Source: an uncultured Elusimicrobium sp. (GTDB taxonomy: Bacteria > Elusimicrobiota > Endomicrobiia > Endomicrobiales > Endomicrobiaceae). Taken from it: a DNA stretch of 29,547 nucleotides. Shown here in pieces: positions 17,633-23,887 of this stretch. A program made the translations under genes and the position numbers. The stretch is from contig CACWKJ010000003.1 in assembly GCA_902761395.1 (NCBI GenBank), positions 1 through 29,547 on the forward strand, given 5' to 3'. The notes under the pieces were generated by a model. It ran no database searches and was not told the DNA's origin. It saw only the letters and a list, made by a program, of their open reading frames with translations. Positions within the stretch are counted from its first letter, which is position 1. Every line of letters starts with the position of its first letter.

Positions 17633-17962
17633 TTATTCTTGTATAAGATCGTCTGTTTTTTCTTCAACAGGTGTAACTTCTTCTTCAACCGCCGGAGCTT
17701 GCTTTTTAAAAGCTTTTGAATATCTTGCTTTACCTTTTTCCACAAACTCGGAAACTTTTGTTCTGCTTTCGGCAACAAATTTCTTGCCTTTTTCTCTTAA
17801 ATCCGTTCCTACTTCACCGGCATCTTCAACGAAATCTTCAGTAAATTTTTTCAAATGAGCTCTTGTTTCTTTCCCTGTTTTCGGAGCATACAATAAAGCT
17901 GCTGCCGCACCTACAACTGCACCTAATAAAAAAGCAAAAAGACCGCTGTCTCTGTTACTCAT
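17633..17962 (-). CDS. YtxH domain-containing protein
   Basis: FLLGAVVGAAAALLYAPKTGKETR signature and SD GGAGG. Confidence 0.88.
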   Translation of the reverse strand: MSNRDSGLFAFLLGAVVGAAAALLYAPKTGKETRAHLKKFTEDFVEDAGEVGTDLREKGKKFVAESRTKVSEFVEKGKARYSKAFKKQAPAVEEEVTPVEEKTDDLIQE

Positions 17963-17972
17963 AATATGCCTC

Positions 17973-18242
17973 CTACTTCTTTTTTCTAAAGATCATAGCT
18001 GTTGCTGCAGGTAAAACTGTTGCTACTATTTTAACCCAAGCCTTCGGGAAAAAACTTGCAACTTCCAAAACACCTTCCGAAACTTTATGAACAGAATCTA
18101 ATTCAACATTAACTTTGTCTATAGTTTCTTCAAGCTTTTTTGTTGTTTTCGCAACTTGAACCAAAGTAAGTATAAGATAAATAATTGCAACTATAAGTGC
18201 TACTGTCAACAAAACTATACAAACTGTAATTATTTCGTTCAT
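17973..18242 (-). CDS. DUF948/YoxC-like membrane protein
   Basis: N-terminal TM helix followed by a coiled coil. Canonical pairing with YtxH. Confidence 0.72.
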   Translation of the reverse strand: MNEIITVCIVLLTVALIVAIIYLILTLVQVAKTTKKLEETIDKVNVELDSVHKVSEGVLEVASFFPKAWVKIVATVLPAATAMIFRKKK

Positions 18243-18251
18243 ATCTTTTAG

Positions 18252-18280
18252 ATTTTACCAAAAAAATATTTTTTTTTCAA
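18252..18280 (-). promoter_or_regulatory. Sigma70 promoter for the DUF948-ytxH-tRNA unit
   Basis: TTGAAA-17 nt-TAAAAT with TGn extension. Confidence 0.5.
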
Positions 18281-19384
18281 CTATATAATTGTTTTTCCGG
18301 ACTCAAGTTCAAATAAATGAATCTTTTTCAAATCAAAAACCAACTCTATAACCTGGTTGGGTTTCGATTTATTATTTGAATCCACTTTTGCAACCATTAT
18401 GTTTTTGCCGGTATTAAAATGCAAATAAATTTCGCTTCCCAAAGGTTCAACTATATCTACCGTTGCGGAAAATCCGCTGACTACCTGATGGGAAATACTT
18501 GCAAAAAGTTTATCGTAAATATCTTCAGGTCTTACACCCATAACGATTTTTTGATTAACAAACGGTTCAACTTTCTCTTTCATAAAGTCGGGAACTTTAA
18601 CATCAAAAGAACCTTCTTTTAATACTAAACCGTCATTTTCTTTATATACTTCAACATTAAAGAAATTCATCGGAGGTGTTCCTATGAAACCTGCAACGAA
18701 TTTGTTTGCCGGTTTATCATAAAGTTCCAACGGACCTGCTATTTGTTGAATAATACCGTCTTTCATTACACAAATTTTGTCACCCATTGTCATAGCTTCT
18801 GTTTGGTCGTGGGTAACATATATCATTGTACTTTGTAATCTTTCATGCAATTTTTTTAATTCGGCTCTCATTTGAACTCTTAACTTTGCATCAAGGTTGG
18901 AAAGAGGTTCATCGAATAAAAATACTTTAGGTTTCCTTACAATTGCTCTACCTACTGCAACTCTCTGTCTTTGTCCGCCGGAAAGTTGTTTTGGTTTTCT
19001 GTCCAACAAGTGGGCAATACCCAAAATGTCGGCAGCTTCTTTAACTCTTTTATCTATTTCTGCTTTATCATAACCTTTAAGTTTTAAAGCAAAGGCCATA
19101 TTTTGGTAAACTGTCATATGAGGATACAAAGCATAGTTCTGGAAAACCATTGCTATATCTCTGTCTTTTGGAGGAACATCATTAACTCTTTTGCCGTCTA
19201 TAAATATATCACCTGCGGTAATATCTTCAAGACCTGCAACCATTCTCAAAGTTGTGGTTTTACCGCAACCGGAAGGTCCTACGAGAATACAAAATTCTTT
19301 ATCTTTAATTTCCAAGTTAAAATCTTTAACGATTTTAACATCGCCATAACTTTTGTATACATTCTTTAAAATAATTTCGGCCAT
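18281..19384 (-). CDS. Sugar ABC transporter ATP-binding subunit (MalK/MsmX/UgpC family)
   Basis: GPSGCGKTT, FQNYALYPH, LSGGQRQR, DEPLSNLDA, YVTHDQ and a TOBE domain. ATG 19384 has a GGAGG SD. Confidence 0.93.
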   Translation of the reverse strand: MAEIILKNVYKSYGDVKIVKDFNLEIKDKEFCILVGPSGCGKTTTLRMVAGLEDITAGDIFIDGKRVNDVPPKDRDIAMVFQNYALYPHMTVYQNMAFALKLKGYDKAEIDKRVKEAADILGIAHLLDRKPKQLSGGQRQRVAVGRAIVRKPKVFLFDEPLSNLDAKLRVQMRAELKKLHERLQSTMIYVTHDQTEAMTMGDKICVMKDGIIQQIAGPLELYDKPANKFVAGFIGTPPMNFFNVEVYKENDGLVLKEGSFDVKVPDFMKEKVEPFVNQKIVMGVRPEDIYDKLFASISHQVVSGFSATVDIVEPLGSEIYLHFNTGKNIMVAKVDSNNKSKPNQVIELVFDLKKIHLFELESGKTII

Positions 19385-19428
19385 TAATTCCTCCAAAACA
19401 GCTACAAAAATACGATTGTTAGAATAAA

Positions 19429-19457
19429 ATTATATACTTTTGAAAAAAGATAGTCAA
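19429..19457 (-). promoter_or_regulatory. Sigma70 promoter for the MsmX-like gene
   Basis: TTGACT-17 nt-TATAAT on the minus strand. Confidence 0.65.
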
Positions 19458-19523
19458 TAAAAAATTGCCAAAAGCAATTTGTTGAAGAATAGAAGACCGG
19501 AGGTATAGAGGTATAGAAACAAA

Positions 19524-19592
19524 TAGATTGCCACAGGGCTAAAGCCCTTCGCAATGACAAGAGTTGTCATTACGAGCGAAGCGAAGTAATCC
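19524..19592. repeat. Head-to-head pair of GTC-tagged palindromes
   Basis: Minus copy GTCATTGCGA-AGGGC-TTTA-GCCCT-GTGGCAATCTA (19524-19558) and plus copy GTCATTACGAGCGAAGCGAAGTAATCC (19566-19592). Confidence 0.8.
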
Positions 19593-19669
19593 ATGTAGTT
19601 GCTGTTTCCATACATCCATGCGTCCATACATCCATTCTTCAAAAAATCGCAAAGCGATTTTGTTCAGGT

Positions 19670-19698
19670 TTGACACATTTTCCTATATAATGTAAAAT
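19670..19698 (+). promoter_or_regulatory. Sigma70 promoter upstream of the trpB2 leader
   Basis: TTGACA-17 nt-TAAAAT. Confidence 0.65.
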
Positions 19699-19706
19699 AA
19701 AAAGAT

Positions 19707-19778
19707 ATGTTTTACGAATATAACAAAACTTATATACAAGATTTTTTGTTTCAAAAGAATTTTGAGTTTCGATGGTGA
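19707..19778 (+). CDS. Putative 23-aa leader peptide MFYEYNKTYIQDFLFQKNFEFRW
   Basis: ATG is 8 nt after the predicted -10. 9 of 23 residues are aromatic, and the ORF ends CGA-TGG-TGA just upstream of trpB2. Confidence 0.4.
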   Translation: MFYEYNKTYIQDFLFQKNFEFRW

Positions 19779-19834
19779 AAAATATGCTGTTTCAGTATTT
19801 TTAACCGAAAAAAACTCAAAAGGAGAATTTTATT

Positions 19835-21211
19835 ATGTCAAAATTAAATAACAGTAAAAAAATAATGTTAAGTGAAGAAGATATACCTAAACAGTGGTAT
19901 AACATACAGGCGGATTTGCCTCATCCTTTGGAACCTGCTTTCAATACAAGAACAGGAAAAATCGCAACAAAAGAAGATTTATGCCAAATTTTCCCGGAAG
20001 CAATTGTTGAACAGGAAGTAAGCAGAGAAAGATGGATAGATATTCCGGACCAGGTAAGAGATGCTTACAAGATATGGAGACCGTCTCCTCTTATAAGAGC
20101 AACGAATCTCGAAAAGTATTTGGATACACCTGCAAAAATATACTTTAAAAACGAAGGTGTAAGTCCTTCCGGCAGCCACAAATCAAATTCCGCAATAGCA
20201 CAAGCTTATTATAATATGAAAGCCGGAACAAAAAGAATAGCAACCGAAACAGGTGCAGGTCAGTGGGGTTCGGCTCTTGCTATGGCTTGTAAAATGTTCG
20301 GTATAGAATGCGTGGTATATATGGTAAAAGTTTCTTTCCAACAGAAACCTTACAGAAAATCTCTTATGCAGGTTTACGGAGCAAATGTTTATGCAAGTCC
20401 TTCAATGCAAACCGAAGCAGGAAGAAAAGTGTTGGAAAAAGATCCAAACTGCACAGGTTCTTTAGGTATAGCAATATCCGAAGCAATTGAAGATGTATTG
20501 ACACACGAAAATGCAAAATATTCGTTGGGCAGTGTATTAAATCATGTTGCAATGCACCAAACTGTTATAGGTTTGGAAGCAAAGAAACAGTTGGAAATGG
20601 TAGATGAATATCCTGATATAGTAATTGCTTGTTTGGGCGGCGGTTCGAATTTCTCGGGTTTGGCATTTCCTTTCATAATGGATAAGATAAACGGAACACA
20701 TAAAAATTTAAGAGCAATAGCAGCGGAACCTTCGGCATGTCCTAAACTTTCCAAGGGTGTATATGCTTACGATTACGGTGATTTGTCAGGTTTTACACCT
20801 GCATTTAAAATGTATACATTAGGTCATACATTTATGCCGAGCGGGATACATGCCGGCGGATTAAGATATCACGGAGCATCACCTTTGGTTTCTGCAATAG
20901 TAAAAGAAAAACTTGCAGAATCCGTAGTGGTAAAACAAAGAGAAGTTTTTGAAGCGGCGGTAACTTTCGCAAGATGCGAAGGAATACTTCCCGCACCGGA
21001 ATCTTCTCATGCAATAAGAGTAGCAATAAACGAAGCATTAAAAGCAAAAGAAGAAGGCAAATCTAAAACTATATTGTTCAATTTGTCAGGTCACGGACAT
21101 TTTGATTTAACCGCTTACGAACAATATTTGGCAGGAAAAATTCAGGATTGCAATTATTCCGAAGAAGAAGTTCAAAAAGCATTAAAAGATTTACCGAAAG
21201 TAAACTTATAA
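19835..21211 (+). CDS. trpB2: TrpB-like PLP-dependent enzyme (TrpB2)
   Basis: WYNIQADLP, WRPSPL, SGSHK, TETGAGQWG, GGGSNF, HAGGLRYHG, PAPES and FNLSGHG. Confidence 0.93.
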   Translation: MSKLNNSKKIMLSEEDIPKQWYNIQADLPHPLEPAFNTRTGKIATKEDLCQIFPEAIVEQEVSRERWIDIPDQVRDAYKIWRPSPLIRATNLEKYLDTPAKIYFKNEGVSPSGSHKSNSAIAQAYYNMKAGTKRIATETGAGQWGSALAMACKMFGIECVVYMVKVSFQQKPYRKSLMQVYGANVYASPSMQTEAGRKVLEKDPNCTGSLGIAISEAIEDVLTHENAKYSLGSVLNHVAMHQTVIGLEAKKQLEMVDEYPDIVIACLGGGSNFSGLAFPFIMDKINGTHKNLRAIAAEPSACPKLSKGVYAYDYGDLSGFTPAFKMYTLGHTFMPSGIHAGGLRYHGASPLVSAIVKEKLAESVVVKQREVFEAAVTFARCEGILPAPESSHAIRVAINEALKAKEEGKSKTILFNLSGHGHFDLTAYEQYLAGKIQDCNYSEEEVQKALKDLPKVNL

Positions 21212-21215
21212 ACAA

Positions 21216-21314
21216 CAATTTATAATTTACAATGTACAATTTTTGATAAATAATTAGATTTTTTGCAAAGCGAAAAATACATTAATTATCAATTATAAAT
21301 TTTAAATTATAGAT
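21216..21314. repeat. Inverted degenerate heptamer runs flanking a small hairpin
   Basis: CAATTTA/TAATTTA/CAATGTA/CAATTTT, then TTTTTGC-AAA-GCGAAAAA, then AATTATC/AATTATA/AATTTTA/AATTATA. Confidence 0.5.
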
Positions 21315-21338
21315 TAAAAGATATGGAGTATTTGTATT

Positions 21339-22373
21339 ATGGCTAACAAGACAGGGATTATTTGTACAATGGGACCTTCCACAAGGTCTGCAAAAATAAT
21401 AAAGAGTCTTTCCGATAACGGAATGACCGTTGCAAGACTCAATTTTTCTCACGGAACTTTCGAACAATACGAAAAAGATATTGCTTTAATAAGATCCGTA
21501 AACAAGAAGTATAAAAGAAACATTAAAATTTTAGGTGATTTGGAAGGACACAGAATAAGAATAGGTATGTTGGAAGGCGGAAAACCTGTTGCACTGAAAA
21601 AAGATCAAAAGGTTGTACTAACCAACAAAAAACTTATAGGAAACTCAAAAACTCTTTCAATAGATTATTCCGGTCCTATGTCCGATTTAAAAAAAGGACT
21701 TGAAATTTTTATAGATGACGGGAACTTAAAACTTACCGTTGTATCTGCCGGTAAAGATTCCGTTACAACCGTAGTTGGAATGGATTATCTTTTAAAAGAA
21801 CATAAAGGTATAAACATACCTGCCGCAAAATTACATTTCCCGGAAATTGAAGAACACGATAAAAAACATATTGATTTTGCAATAAAAAACAAACTCGATT
21901 ACATTGCAAACTCGTTTGTAAGAAACAAATCCGATATGAAATATTTGAAGAAAATAGTTTCTCAACAACATCCGAAATGTCAACTTGTGGCAAAAATCGA
22001 AGACAGAGAAGGAATAGATAATGTTGCTTCAATTCTTGAAGTTTGCGACGGTATAATGGTTGCAAGAGGCGATATGGGAATATCTATTCCGTTATGGACA
22101 GTTCCGGTGGTTCAAAAATATATCATAAGAAAATGCAGATCAAGGCAAAAATTTGTTATAACAGCAACACAAATGCTTGAAAGTATGGTGGAAAATCCGG
22201 TTCCTACAAGAGCCGAAGTAAGCGATGTCGCAAATGCAATTATAGACGGCAGCAATTTTGTAATGTTGTCTGCGGAAACCGCCGTAGGAAAATATCCTGA
22301 AAAAGCAGTTGCAATGATGGGCAATATAATAAAATTTACAGAAAAAAATATTTACAGATTACCGTTGGTATAA
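21339..22373 (+). CDS. pyk: Pyruvate kinase, short form lacking the C-terminal alpha/beta domain
   Basis: ICTMGPS, ARLNFSHG, SFVR, AKIE, MVARGDMG, ATQMLESM, PTRAEVSDVANA and MLSAETAVG. Confidence 0.93.
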   Translation: MANKTGIICTMGPSTRSAKIIKSLSDNGMTVARLNFSHGTFEQYEKDIALIRSVNKKYKRNIKILGDLEGHRIRIGMLEGGKPVALKKDQKVVLTNKKLIGNSKTLSIDYSGPMSDLKKGLEIFIDDGNLKLTVVSAGKDSVTTVVGMDYLLKEHKGINIPAAKLHFPEIEEHDKKHIDFAIKNKLDYIANSFVRNKSDMKYLKKIVSQQHPKCQLVAKIEDREGIDNVASILEVCDGIMVARGDMGISIPLWTVPVVQKYIIRKCRSRQKFVITATQMLESMVENPVPTRAEVSDVANAIIDGSNFVMLSAETAVGKYPEKAVAMMGNIIKFTEKNIYRLPLV

Positions 22374-22374
22374 A

Positions 22375-23082
22375 ATGCAACAATTATTATTTTCTCTTTT
22401 AGCAATGTGTTCCGCACTTATAGGAACGTTTGTAGTGTTAAAATTTTCCGAATGGGCAAGAAAACATTCCATATTGTTAATAGGTTTTGCCGCAGGTGTT
22501 ATGTTATCCATAGCATTTGTTCATTTGTTGCCGGAATCGGTGGAACATAATCCCAACGCAATAATTTATGCTTTTGTCGGTTTTTTGTTTATGTTTGCAA
22601 TTCAACATTTTATATTCTTTCATCCTTGTCACGATGATCATTGTCATGTTCATTTGGGAACACTTTCCACTTTCGGTTTATCATTACATTCTTTTTTTGA
22701 CGGTATAGTTATAAGTATAGGGTTCGGAGCAAATGCTTATATAGGACTTATGACAACAATAGCAATAATGTTGCACAAGTTACCCGACGGTGTAACTATT
22801 ACGGGAATTTTGATGCATTCGAACAAATCGATAAAACAAATAATATGTTATTCGTTAACGGTAGCAACATTTACTCCTGTAGGAACACTTATAGGACTTT
22901 TCTTTTCTAACCAAATAGCACATTTAATAGGCAGTTTTTTGGCATTTACCGCAGGAACATTTATTTATTTATCTGCAGCGGATCTCATTCCGGAAACGCA
23001 TAAAGCATCCAACAAAAAAGCGGGACTCTGTTTATTGTTGGGAGTAATCATCGTTTCTTTTTTAGGTCATATCGCCCACTAA
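22375..23082 (+). CDS. ZIP family metal transporter
   Basis: AAGVML, His-rich loop HPCHDDHCHVH, LHSFFDG, LHKLPDG and AGTFIYLSAADLIPE. Confidence 0.9.
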   Translation: MQQLLFSLLAMCSALIGTFVVLKFSEWARKHSILLIGFAAGVMLSIAFVHLLPESVEHNPNAIIYAFVGFLFMFAIQHFIFFHPCHDDHCHVHLGTLSTFGLSLHSFFDGIVISIGFGANAYIGLMTTIAIMLHKLPDGVTITGILMHSNKSIKQIICYSLTVATFTPVGTLIGLFFSNQIAHLIGSFLAFTAGTFIYLSAADLIPETHKASNKKAGLCLLLGVIIVSFLGHIAH

Positions 23083-23123
23083 AAATAGTTTATAAGTTTA
23101 TAGGGTTATAAGGTTATAGGTTT

Positions 23124-23430
23124 GTCATCCCGCACGCCACCAATTGTCATCCCGCACTCGGTGCGGGCTCTTGTCGTTCGTCGTCATTCTGAACTTGATT
23201 CAGAATCTCGCCGTTCGTTGTCATTCTGAACTTGATTCAGAATCTATAAAAAAATAAAGACATGTGATAAAAAGGAATAAATATATTTGTATAGATTGCG
23301 GATCGGAGTCCGCAATGACACAAACATCGGTTTGTCATTCTGAACTTGATTCAGAATCTATAATTGCGGATCGGAGTCCGCAATGACACAAACATCGGTT
23401 TGTCATTCTGAACTTGATTCAGAATCTATA
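23124..23430. repeat. Cluster of 8 GTC-tagged palindromes (one half copy) including a 68 bp perfect tandem duplication
   Basis: Units start at 23124, 23146, 23183, 23220, 23292(-), 23334, 23363(-) and 23402. Segment 23295-23362 equals 23363-23430. Confidence 0.9.
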
Positions 23431-23452
23431 AAAAAATAAAATACCTTGTATT

Positions 23453-23743
23453 ATGAAACAATATTATGTTTATATACTATTTAGTGATAAAAACGGAACA
23501 TTATATATAGGTGTAACAAATAATTTAATAAAAAGAGTATATGAACATAAGAATGAATTTGTTAAAGGTTTTACAGAAAAATATAAAGTTAATAAATTAG
23601 GATATTTTGAAAAATATAATAGTATAGAAGAAGCAATAAAAAGAGAAAAACAATTAAAAAATTGGAAACGAGAATGGAAAGTTTCCCTTATAGAACAAAA
23701 TAATAGTGAGTGGGAAGATTTATACTATTCATTATTAGGATGA
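23453..23743 (+). CDS. Small stand-alone GIY-YIG nuclease (UPF0213/YhbQ-like)
   Basis: YYVYIL, GTLYIGVT, LIKRVYEHK, AIKREKQLKNWKREWK and NSEWEDLY. Confidence 0.92.
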   Translation: MKQYYVYILFSDKNGTLYIGVTNNLIKRVYEHKNEFVKGFTEKYKVNKLGYFEKYNSIEEAIKREKQLKNWKREWKVSLIEQNNSEWEDLYYSLLG

Positions 23744-23757
23744 AATTTATTGTTTTA

Positions 23758-23785
23758 TAGATTCCGTGTCGCAGCACGGAATGAC
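23758..23785 (-). repeat. GTC-tagged REP-like palindrome downstream of the GIY-YIG gene
   Basis: Reverse complement is GTC-ATTCCGTG-CTGCGA-CACGGAAT-CTA, identical to 28082-28109. Confidence 0.85.
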
Positions 23786-23887
23786 ATCTCAATATCATAA
23801 ACTTATACTCAATTTTATTTTGTAAAATTTAGTATAATCTGTGGTTAGTATAATATTAAAATGTTTTTATAAGAAGGTATAAAAATC

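Noticed and set aside
17508-17858. 116-aa plus-strand ORF
   Set aside because: It is antisense to tRNA-Phe and ytxH and starts inside a terminator.
18281-19384. Orphan ABC ATPase without permeases
   Set aside because: Stand-alone MsmX-type ATPases serving several sugar transporters are well known.
23124-23430. CRISPR array
   Set aside because: Repeats alternate in orientation, spacing is irregular, spacers are duplicated, the units recur genome-wide as isolated copies, and no cas genes are present.
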